Assembly: GCA_033762295.1 (NCBI GenBank)
Contig: JANRLW010000025.1
Location: 1 to 55,499, forward strand
Source: Capsulimonadales bacterium
GTDB taxonomy: Bacteria; Armatimonadota; Armatimonadia; Armatimonadales; Armatimonadaceae
Length of the DNA: 55,499 bases
Direction of reading: 5' to 3'
The notes under the pieces are model-generated. The model was given only the letters and a program-made list of their open reading frames with translations. It made no database searches and was not told the DNA's origin. The number at the start of each line of letters is the position of its first letter. Position 1 is the stretch's first letter. Made by a program: the position numbers and the translations under genes. Shown here one piece after another: positions 1 to 8,316 of this stretch.

Positions 1-1
1 T

Positions 2-259
2 GCCGATTGCCTGTGTTCGGACTACGCTCCCAGCACGCTGCTCCCCGCCCTGTTCCGCATCGCCCGCGAACTCGACTGGCCCCTGCACCGCGTCGCCCGC
101 CTGACCGGTCTGGGACCCGCCGCCGCCGCCCGACTCGCCGACCGGGGGGCGATCCGTGAGGGACTGCGCGCCGACCTGATCGCCGTCCACCAACGCGGAG
201 GCGTCCCCGTCACCAGACACGTCTGGACCGCCGGAAGACCCACACTCACCACCGGATAA
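2..259 (+). CDS. phnM: PhnM-like alpha-D-ribose 1-methylphosphonate 5-triphosphate diphosphatase, C-terminal fragment (5'-truncated by window edge)
   Basis: Own translation of frame 2: ADCLCSDYAPSTLL...DRGAIREGLRADLIAV...VPVTRHVWTAG*. This matches the PhnM C-terminal SDY and DRG.I..G.RADL motifs. Next to a phn-type hexapeptide transferase. Absent from the ORF track. Confidence 0.8.
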   Translation, partial: ADCLCSDYAPSTLLPALFRIARELDWPLHRVARLTGLGPAAAARLADRGAIREGLRADLIAVHQRGGVPVTRHVWTAGRPTLTTG

Positions 260-265
260 CGAACC

Positions 266-883
266 ATGTCACGTGAACCATCCGCCGAACCCCGCATCGA
301 CCCGACCGCCCGCGTTCATGACTCCGAGTTGGGCATCTATACCTGGGTCGGACCGCGTACCAGTGTGGTCGAGACCGTCTTCGGCGACTATTCGTATGTG
401 GTGAACGACAGCCAGATCATTTACGCCCGGATCGGAAAGTTCTGCTCGATTGCGGCGGCGACCCGGCTGAACCCCGGCAATCATCCACTGGACCGCGCCG
501 CGCTGCACCACTGGACTTATCGCAGCGTCTCCTACGGATTGGGCGAGGAGGATGACGCGGATTTTTTCGAGTGGCGGCGTTCACACCAGGTAACACTGGG
601 CGACGATGTCTGGATCGGGCATGGCGCGACGGTGGTTCCGGGCGTCCGTATCGGCACCGGCGCGGCCGTCGGGGCGGGCGCGGTCGTGACGAAGGAGATT
701 CCTGCGTTCGCGGTGGCGGTCGGCGTTCCGGCGCGGGTCATTCGCTTTCGCTTTGAGGAGAAGGTGCGGGACGCCCTTCTGCGAATCGCCTGGTGGGATT
801 GGGATCGCGAGCGACTTCGGGCGGGTTTGCAGGATTTTCGTACCCTCTCCGCCGAAGCCTTTGTCGAGAAGTACGACCGGTGA
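266..883 (+). CDS. Phosphonate-metabolism hexapeptide-repeat (left-handed beta-helix) acetyltransferase, CAT/Vat-like
   Basis: IGKFCSIA, NPGNHP, HHWTYRS, DVWIGHGA, GVPAR and IAWWDW motifs; follows phnM. Confidence 0.85.
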   Translation: MSREPSAEPRIDPTARVHDSELGIYTWVGPRTSVVETVFGDYSYVVNDSQIIYARIGKFCSIAAATRLNPGNHPLDRAALHHWTYRSVSYGLGEEDDADFFEWRRSHQVTLGDDVWIGHGATVVPGVRIGTGAAVGAGAVVTKEIPAFAVAVGVPARVIRFRFEEKVRDALLRIAWWDWDRERLRAGLQDFRTLSAEAFVEKYDR

Positions 884-912
884 GCAAAAACCGGTAAGGG
901 ATCGAAACCGTC

Positions 913-1731
913 ATGGATAACCTGCTGAACGGAGAATACGGACGCGTCGCCGTCGATCTGGCGCGGGAGGCGGGGAGCCTTGCCGTGGCCGCCTTTACCC
1001 TCGGCATGCGGCGGGAGTGGAAGGAGGACGGTTCTCCGGTGACGCAGACCGATCTTGCCGTCAATCAACGGGTGATCGAGGAGATCGCTCGCCGATTTCC
1101 GACTCACGGCGTTCTTGGCGAGGAGATCAGCGCACTTACCCCTGACCAGGAGTGGATCTGGATTGTCGATCCGATCGACGGTACGCTGCCTTTTTCCCAC
1201 GGCATCCCGGTGTCCGCCTTCTCGCTGGCTCTTACCTTCCGGGGCGAATCGCTGCTCGGGGTGATCTATGACTATCACAGTGACCGCCTGTTGACGGCCG
1301 CCAGAGGTGAGGGAGCGTTTTTAAACGGCCGGCCGATCCGCGTCTCCTCGAAATCCACGATGAAAGGCGGCGTCGCCAATCTTGAAGCGGTCTGGAACCG
1401 GGTTTTTCCGACTCCGGAGATCGCGCACCTGCCCGCATTGCTGGAATCGGAGGGCATGAAGATCATGAAACTGTCCTCGACGGTGTATGCCGGTATGCTG
1501 GTCGCTCTGGGAGAGTTTACCGCGCTGGTCACACGGGGCGACCGCGCCTGGGATGTGGCGGCCATCGATATCCTCGTTCGTGAGGCCGGTGGCACGGTGA
1601 CCGATCTGCTCGGCGCGCCTCTCCGCTATGACCGTCCGTTCTCCGGCACCGTCGCCACCAATGGGCCGATCCACGATCGGTTGCTCGAACTGATCGGCCC
1701 GCGGACGAAAGAAGAGGGATCGAATGTCTGA
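913..1731 (+). CDS. Inositol monophosphatase family protein
   Basis: GEE, WIVDPIDGT and WDVAA motifs. Confidence 0.9.
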   Translation: MDNLLNGEYGRVAVDLAREAGSLAVAAFTLGMRREWKEDGSPVTQTDLAVNQRVIEEIARRFPTHGVLGEEISALTPDQEWIWIVDPIDGTLPFSHGIPVSAFSLALTFRGESLLGVIYDYHSDRLLTAARGEGAFLNGRPIRVSSKSTMKGGVANLEAVWNRVFPTPEIAHLPALLESEGMKIMKLSSTVYAGMLVALGEFTALVTRGDRAWDVAAIDILVREAGGTVTDLLGAPLRYDRPFSGTVATNGPIHDRLLELIGPRTKEEGSNV

Positions 1732-2614
1732 CCTGCTGACGCACTGGGCGGTCGCGGACGACTGTCTTCGGATCGCCGCGAAGGATGCGGCGACGGACGC
1801 GGCGCTCATCGCTGTGGCGGACGCCGAACGTCCCTATTTTTACCTCGGAGCGATCACCCGCTACGGCAGCCAGTGGAGTACGGAGATGCAAATGCTGCTC
1901 CGCGACGTTCCGGCAGAGGACCTGAGTACGCCGGCGACGGCGCGGAAAATGGCGTTCGCTCTGGGCGGGATCGCCCATTATCCGGCCGATCTGGTGCTCA
2001 AACCGTTGATGACGCGGCTCGCGCAGGCGGACTGGAACCGTACGCACCACGCCATGCAGGCGGGCGAGGCGGGGGCGGTTTCCGTTCGGGAGATATCCGC
2101 CTACTACGACTGTCATGTTTTTCGTGAGGTCTACGGCGCGGGCGACCAATCTCCCTTCAACCGTTTCCTGCTGGCGCCCAACGAAACTTCCTCCGGCCAG
2201 GCGCTGGAGTCGTTCGTCCGGTCGTTATTTCAGCGTGCGCTCCTTGCCTGTCACACCCTGGCGCCGGACCGGAACGATTTTTCGGGGTGGCTCGACCGAT
2301 TGATCGCCCAGGTGCAGCCGCTCTACCTGGAGATCGACCTGTATACGCGGGTGTTTCAGCAACCCGATCCGGAGAAAATCGCCGCGTTCGAGGTGGAAAC
2401 GTCGTTTTACCGGCGCGACGATCCGGCGATTGTCTGCGCCCGCGCGATTGCGGCGGGCGCGACTCCGTCGCAGGAGGAGATCGACGCCGCCGTCGCTTCC
2501 TCCGCGAACGCTTCGGGGTACGGGCAGGCGGTCGCTCTGGGCGTCCGTACCCTTCGGGCCGCGTCGGAGTATCGTCGGGGAGAGCGGGAGGAGCCGCCCT
2601 CCCTGAAGCAGTGA
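1724..2614 (+). CDS. Hypothetical protein, possible zinc-dependent phospholipase C-like helical fold
   Basis: N-terminal LTHW, internal YLGA and GGIAHYPAD resemble Zn_dep_PLC motifs; 8-bp overlap with the IMPase gene. Confidence 0.5.
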   Translation: MSDLLTHWAVADDCLRIAAKDAATDAALIAVADAERPYFYLGAITRYGSQWSTEMQMLLRDVPAEDLSTPATARKMAFALGGIAHYPADLVLKPLMTRLAQADWNRTHHAMQAGEAGAVSVREISAYYDCHVFREVYGAGDQSPFNRFLLAPNETSSGQALESFVRSLFQRALLACHTLAPDRNDFSGWLDRLIAQVQPLYLEIDLYTRVFQQPDPEKIAAFEVETSFYRRDDPAIVCARAIAAGATPSQEEIDAAVASSANASGYGQAVALGVRTLRAASEYRRGEREEPPSLKQ

Positions 2615-3108
2615 CCGTTCGGGGGACCGGGTCGTACGGTTACTCAAATTTGGAGACGTTTCGGAAGTTGCCATAATCGCGTCTCGACTCCGCCATCGCC
2701 GACCGGAACGGCGTTCCTTCCCCGTTACCATCCGGGCGCAAGGAAAACCGCCTCTTCCGCTTCGTTCCTTCGCTCTGCCGACAGTTCGTTTCTTTTTTGT
2801 AGCAAGCCAGCCTTTCCGCGGACCGCTACCTGCCGGAAAAAGGGGGCAAACCTTAGGCTGTGAAGATTAAACAAACCGCTGTGATCCGGTTAAAATCAGG
2901 TAAATTTTTCTCATATTTTTACTGAAATTCCGGGAGTTCTCCGGATATAATACACACGTGATTTCGCCGGGTCGCAGATCGGATACGCCGGGGTCGGAGG
3001 GGTTTCGTTTTTCACGAACCGGGCAGGGGCTGTCGCCGAGCGATGAGAACGCGGTCTGTCCGTTCCCACGGAAGTCGGTCAGGCAAGATTCAAGGAAAAC
3101 AAAAGAAA

Positions 3109-4584
3109 ATGGCTAATGCTGGCACCGGCCTCAGGGAGATTACCGGTCTGCTGTTACTGTTCGGACTTCTTCCCTCCGTCGCCTGCGGACAGGATCTGTT
3201 TGTCAGTTCGGATCGGACCATCGCGGGTGGAAATCCGGTCAACGGCACGTTCGCGAAGGTCAACATCGGAGTGACGAGCGGTCTGGTTCGGGTACCCGAC
3301 GTCAGGGCGGACATTACGGGCGGCACAATCAATAACGGTCTCTTTCTCTACTCGTCCTCGGAAACGAACCTGATTGACGCGACAATCAGCAACTCCGTGT
3401 TTACCTATGAAACCAGCGTGCTGACGGTCACCGGCGGCACCAACAACGGCTCCCTGACCTCGGATGATACCAGTACGGTCCGGGTGTCGGCCGGCACTAT
3501 CGCCAACAACCTGAACGCCCAGGGGGCCTCTCTTCTGGAGTTCGGTGGCGGAACCGTCGGCGGAACCCTGAACGCCCGTGGAACCTCCGACGTCCGGATC
3601 ACCGGGGGAACGATCGACAATAACGTGTTCGCCCCGGATTCCGCGATCGTCACGATGACCGGTGGAACGGTCGCCAATGCGTTCAATATTCGTGGAAACA
3701 GCACGGCGGTACTCGGCGGCTCGGCGCAGGCCAGAAATGTTTTTGCGCAGGACACGGCGGAGGTCATGATCAACGGTGGCGTCATCAGCAACAGCGCAAC
3801 GTCCCGGAACGACGCCCGCCTCTTCCTGGTCGGCGGAACGATCAGTGCGAATCTGAACGCGGAGAACGACAGTGTCGCCTCGGTGACGGGCGGATCGATC
3901 GCGGGCAGTCTCAATGTTCGCGGCGACAGCACGGTCACGTTCGGTGGGACGGCCTCCACCCGAAACGCCGTCGTGCAGGATGCCGGCCGCCTGACCATCG
4001 ACGGTGGCACGGTCACCAACACGCTGACCACCCGAAACACCGGTCATGCCACCCTCCTCGACGGCATCATCGAGGCGAATGTCAACGCTCTGGGGAGCAG
4101 CGTGGTCGATATCCGCGGCGGCGTCATCGAGGGTAACCTTACGGCGCAGGAATCGAGCGCCGTCATCGTCCGCGGGGGCGATATCAACCGCATTCTCGGA
4201 TTGGGAGGGACGATCGCTCTGAACGGCGGCAGTTTTGCCACGACCGCCCTCGTCAATCTGGGCGGAGCGCTCGGATTCTCCTCCAGCCTTTTCATCGTCA
4301 CCGGTAAGGAATTCACCCTGAGCAACGCCACTCCGGGAAGTTACAGTTATGGCGGGTCCGTCTACGGCGGCGTCTACTGGGATGTCTCCGGGGTGCTGTT
4401 CAACGGCGACACGTTTTCCACACGGTACTTCGATTACGGCGGCAACACGACGGCCCCGACCAATCTCCGTCTCGTCGTCGGCGCGCCGGAGCCGGGCAGC
4501 CTCGCTCTCGGATTGACCGGAGTTCTCGCCTGCTCGTGGCGTTGTTTTCGTCGCCGGAAAAGTCAACCCGATTATCGCCCCTGA
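3109..4584 (+). CDS. PEP-CTERM (APEP variant) surface protein with 19-aa beta-helix repeats
   Basis: Signal-peptide-like N-terminus (ATG 3109 preferred over 3043); ~15 GG-T-I repeats; C-terminal APEPGSLALGLTGVLACSWRCFRRRK. Confidence 0.85.
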   Translation: MANAGTGLREITGLLLLFGLLPSVACGQDLFVSSDRTIAGGNPVNGTFAKVNIGVTSGLVRVPDVRADITGGTINNGLFLYSSSETNLIDATISNSVFTYETSVLTVTGGTNNGSLTSDDTSTVRVSAGTIANNLNAQGASLLEFGGGTVGGTLNARGTSDVRITGGTIDNNVFAPDSAIVTMTGGTVANAFNIRGNSTAVLGGSAQARNVFAQDTAEVMINGGVISNSATSRNDARLFLVGGTISANLNAENDSVASVTGGSIAGSLNVRGDSTVTFGGTASTRNAVVQDAGRLTIDGGTVTNTLTTRNTGHATLLDGIIEANVNALGSSVVDIRGGVIEGNLTAQESSAVIVRGGDINRILGLGGTIALNGGSFATTALVNLGGALGFSSSLFIVTGKEFTLSNATPGSYSYGGSVYGGVYWDVSGVLFNGDTFSTRYFDYGGNTTAPTNLRLVVGAPEPGSLALGLTGVLACSWRCFRRRKSQPDYRP

Positions 4585-4590
4585 GGCGGC

Positions 4591-4710
4591 TTACCGTAAA
4601 CCCGGCGAATACGGAGGTTACCTTCGGTAAAGCGGGTAAATTTACTGGGTAAATAATGATGGTTTTGTGGTAAAAAAGCTAGTAAATATTACGCCTCGTT
4701 AATATACTAT
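4591..4710 (+). promoter_or_regulatory. AT-rich regulatory region with clustered GTAAA/TTAC elements upstream of the glycan operon
   Basis: GTAAA at 4596, 4627, 4636, 4649, 4670 and 4682; perfect palindrome GTAAATTTAC at 4636-4645. Confidence 0.45.
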
Positions 4711-4912
4711 ACAGACAAAATAACACATAAAACACACGGTCATCCGAAATTCCGACACCGAAGATGATAAAATAATTACTAAATTTTATCATTACAAGTA
4801 TAATAATGTCTGTATTAAATGAGATGACCGGATGGCATAACACCACCCGTCAACGACCGGACACCGTTCCAGCTGTCACATGCCGGTTCAGGTGGGAAGA
4901 GGTTAGAAGCGT

Positions 4913-6013
4913 ATGAGCCTGGTTCGTCACGATTTCAATAACGCACGCAGCGTCCTTTCCGACTCTGCCAGCGCCAACCCCGCCGCCGGAGTGAGCAACG
5001 CCGCCTACTTCGATTCTCGCCGGAGCGAGGACACGCTTGCGGCACGTCTCCTCTGCGGTGACGCCCTCCTGAGCGTGGTCGTTCCCCTGCTGAATGAGGA
5101 GGAAAGTCTGGATGAACTGTACCGGCGTCTCAAAAGTGCCTTCGCCTGCTACGCTCCGCGTCACGAAATCATTTTTGTGGACGATGGCAGTAGAGACGGT
5201 TCCTACCGAAAACTCTTCGGTTTCTGGGAGGCCGACCCGAACGTTACCGTCCTGCGCTTCCGACGCAACTTCGGCAAAGCCGCCGGTCTTACCGCGGCCT
5301 TCGAGCGGGTGCGGGGCGATGTCGTCATCATGATGGACGCCGACCTTCAGGATCAGCCGGAAGAGTTTGGAAAACTCATTGCCAAACTCGACGAAGGCTA
5401 CGATCTGGTCAGCGGATGGAAGCAGCGGCGACATGACCCGGCTCACAAGACACTGCCGAGCAAGCTGTTCAACCGCACGGTTTCCCGGCACTACAAACTG
5501 AATATTCATGACTTCAACTGCGGCCTCAAGATCATGCGGGGGAACGTCGCACAGGACATTCGCATCTACGGGGACTGGCATCGCTTCATTCCGGTCATCG
5601 CCGCCAGCAAAGGCTATCGGGTCGGCGAATGCGTGATCGAACACGCTCCGCGTGTGCACGGCGTTTCCAAGTACGGTGCCAAACGGCTGATCACCGGTCT
5701 GATGGATTTCCTCGCGACAATCCTTGTGGTGCAGTTCTATCACAAGCCACTTCAGTTTTTCGGCCCTTTCGGTATCATAGCCAGCTTACTGGGCTTTTTT
5801 CTCATCATTCTGTCGCTCGTTCTCGCCCCTTCGTCCCCCGGTTGGATCGCCGGAATGCTGCTCGTTTTCGCCGGAACGAATATCTTCGGCATGGGACTGC
5901 TGGGTGAACTGATCGTCAAAGCGGCGGCGGGCGGCAAGCCCGCCTATGAGATCACCGAGTCTCTGGACAACAGCCGACGGCGAGTCGCGTCCAACGGTCG
6001 TACCGGAGCGTGA
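4913..6013 (+). CDS. GT2 polyprenol-phosphate glycosyltransferase (DPM1/ArnC/GtrB-like)
   Basis: VVVPLLNEE, VDDGSRDGS, RNFGKAA, MDADLQD, DFNCG; two C-terminal TM helices. Confidence 0.9.
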   Translation: MSLVRHDFNNARSVLSDSASANPAAGVSNAAYFDSRRSEDTLAARLLCGDALLSVVVPLLNEEESLDELYRRLKSAFACYAPRHEIIFVDDGSRDGSYRKLFGFWEADPNVTVLRFRRNFGKAAGLTAAFERVRGDVVIMMDADLQDQPEEFGKLIAKLDEGYDLVSGWKQRRHDPAHKTLPSKLFNRTVSRHYKLNIHDFNCGLKIMRGNVAQDIRIYGDWHRFIPVIAASKGYRVGECVIEHAPRVHGVSKYGAKRLITGLMDFLATILVVQFYHKPLQFFGPFGIIASLLGFFLIILSLVLAPSSPGWIAGMLLVFAGTNIFGMGLLGELIVKAAAGGKPAYEITESLDNSRRRVASNGRTGA

Positions 6014-6061
6014 AACGCCGGACAGCGGACGCGATAGCGGACGCGACAAAGGAGAGAACCG

Positions 6062-7066
6062 ATGTCAAGAACCGGTTTTAACTGGAAACGCTGGCTGAAA
6101 CCGGCCTTTGCCATCGTTGCCTTCGCCTTTCTTATGGCGGCGGTCGCCCGTACCGTCCGGGATATTCGGACGGTACCGACGTTCGCGCCCGGCTGGCTGC
6201 TCCTGGCCGCCCTGCTCTATGCGACCCATTATGCGGTTCAGGCGGTCGGCTGGCACCTGATCCTCCGCGGACTCGGACAACCGGTCCGTCTGTCGGATAG
6301 TGTCCGGATCTGGTACGGAACGCTGGTCGCCCGCTGGATTCCCGGGCCCCTCGTCTATTCGGCCGCCCGCCTGGTGATGGCGCGAGAAGCCGGACTTTCG
6401 GTCACGGCCGTGGCGTTCGGAGTGATTCTGGAACTGAGCTACATCCTTCTTGGCGCGATGGTGACCACGGTCGTCTTCGCGTCCGGGTTGATTCCGACCC
6501 TGATGGCGTCTCCGACCGGCAAATCGCTGACCGTGACCGGACTGATCGCCCTGGCGGTCGGCGGGGTCACCGCCCTGCGGCCGGCGACTTTGCTCGGGTT
6601 CTGTCGGATTCCGCTGTTTCGGAAGGCCGTCCGCAAGATTGCGGGCGAGGACCTGCCGGATCACGGGCTTCCGGTGATGAGCACCCCCTACAGTCTCTGT
6701 CTTCTCGCCTACTACACCGTTTTCTGGATTCTTTCGGGCGTCATGTTCGGCGTACTGGCCCGGTCGTTCTTGCCGATGACGCCCGAACGGTGGGCGGTCT
6801 GTATCCCGACCTTTGGCGCGTCCTGGCTGGCGGGGTTCCTCGCCTTCCTGACACCGGCCGGAATCGGAATCCGCGAAGGCGTGATGTGGCTGATGCTCGG
6901 TCGGGTTCTGTCCAAATCCGACGGACTGATTCTCGCCGTTCTGTCGCGCCTGATGATGATGACGGTCGAACTTCTCAGCGTCCTTGTCGTCCGAGCGACC
7001 ATGCACCGGGGTGTGCAGGCGACGCGGTCCGTCCCGGTCCCACTTGCCGTCAGGAGTATGGAATGA
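6062..7066 (+). CDS. Lysylphosphatidylglycerol synthase-like/UPF0104 flippase-like membrane protein
   Basis: Multi-TM; RWIPG, TPAGIGIRE and SR motifs. Confidence 0.8.
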   Translation: MSRTGFNWKRWLKPAFAIVAFAFLMAAVARTVRDIRTVPTFAPGWLLLAALLYATHYAVQAVGWHLILRGLGQPVRLSDSVRIWYGTLVARWIPGPLVYSAARLVMAREAGLSVTAVAFGVILELSYILLGAMVTTVVFASGLIPTLMASPTGKSLTVTGLIALAVGGVTALRPATLLGFCRIPLFRKAVRKIAGEDLPDHGLPVMSTPYSLCLLAYYTVFWILSGVMFGVLARSFLPMTPERWAVCIPTFGASWLAGFLAFLTPAGIGIREGVMWLMLGRVLSKSDGLILAVLSRLMMMTVELLSVLVVRATMHRGVQATRSVPVPLAVRSME

Positions 7067-8316
7067 AAATCTGCTTCGTCGTCTCGACCTACCCGCGCAA
7101 CGAACAGGACCCGGCCGTTCCCTGGCTGCGAGAGTATCTGCGCCGTCTGAAAGACCGCGGTTACGACGTTCGCGTCTTCGCTCCCGCGTTCCTGGGTTCC
7201 CCTCACCATGAGATCGACGGCATCCCGGTACATCGGTTTCGCTATTTTGCCGCCGGCAAGGAGGACCTGACTCACGATGCCGGCGCGCCGACCAAAATCC
7301 GCCGTCCCGGTTATCTCCTGCTGGCGATCTTCTACATCCTTTGCGGTGCGTTCGGTCTTGCCCGTCTGCACCGGCGGGAACGATTCGATGCGATTCACGT
7401 TCACTGGCCGTTCCCGCACGGGTTGTTCGGTATCCTGGCGACCCGCCTGCTGCCGACGCGCCTGGTTTTGAGTTTCCATGGCGCGGAACTGTTGCTGGCG
7501 CGGAAGTTTTCGTTCGTCAACCCGGTACTGCGCTATTGCCTGCGTCACGCCGATTCCGTAACCTGCAACTCCTCGTATACGGCGTCGCATATCCGCGCCC
7601 TGGGCACCGGGACGACGGTGGATGTCCTGCCGTACGGCAGTCCTCTTCCGCAAAGAACCCCGGTTCACCACCATCGCCCGGAAAAGACGATCCTGTTTGT
7701 CGGTCGCCTGATCGAGCGCAAGGGGGTCGAGTATCTGCTCCGGGCAATGCCGCAGGTCACGCAACGGATCGACGCCTCGCTGGTGATCGTCGGCAACGGC
7801 CCATTGCTGCCGGAACTCCGGGACCGGGCAGCGGAGTTGGGCATCGCTCATTGCGTGGAATTTCGTACGGATGTTCCGGAAGACGAACTGATGACAGCCT
7901 ACGAGGAGAGCGATATATTCGTATTACCGGCGATTGTCGACTCGCGCGGCGATACGGAAGGGTTGGGAGTGGTTCTGATCGAAGCTCTTTCCTTCCATCG
8001 TCCCGTCGTGGCAAGCGCTGTGGGTGGTATAACGGACGTGGTCCTCCATAATAAGACCGGGCTTCTGGTGCCGGAAAAGAATCCGGATGCCCTGGCCGAT
8101 GCGATTGTTGAAGTGTTATCGGACCCGACTCGTGCGCAAAAGCTGGCTGAACAGGGGTACGCCCATGTTTCGGAGACCTTTGACTGGGACCGGATCATGG
8201 ATCGAGCCGAACTGCTTTATCCGACGGTCACTACTTCCCGGATGCCGGAAACGTCCCGTCATCCGTCCCGGGTTGACAACTCCGCCGGACTTGGCGTCGC
8301 GAAGGACACTTTATGA
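7063..8316 (+). CDS. GT4 glycosyltransferase
   Basis: Start MKICFVVSTYP overlaps the upstream stop (ATGA); FVGRLIERKG and EGLGVVLIEA motifs. Confidence 0.9.
   Translation: MKICFVVSTYPRNEQDPAVPWLREYLRRLKDRGYDVRVFAPAFLGSPHHEIDGIPVHRFRYFAAGKEDLTHDAGAPTKIRRPGYLLLAIFYILCGAFGLARLHRRERFDAIHVHWPFPHGLFGILATRLLPTRLVLSFHGAELLLARKFSFVNPVLRYCLRHADSVTCNSSYTASHIRALGTGTTVDVLPYGSPLPQRTPVHHHRPEKTILFVGRLIERKGVEYLLRAMPQVTQRIDASLVIVGNGPLLPELRDRAAELGIAHCVEFRTDVPEDELMTAYEESDIFVLPAIVDSRGDTEGLGVVLIEALSFHRPVVASAVGGITDVVLHNKTGLLVPEKNPDALADAIVEVLSDPTRAQKLAEQGYAHVSETFDWDRIMDRAELLYPTVTTSRMPETSRHPSRVDNSAGLGVAKDTL

Noticed and set aside
6024..6046. AGCGGACGCGA repeated twice between GT2 and the flippase-like gene
   Set aside because: Short two-copy repeat with no functional evidence
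6790..7062. ORF-track N-terminal extensions (GT4 at 6790, GT9 at 22406, fmt at 27397, cyanophycinase at 49599, transglutaminase at 46529)
   Set aside because: They overlap upstream genes; family homology starts at downstream codons with stop/start coupling, an RBS or a -10 box
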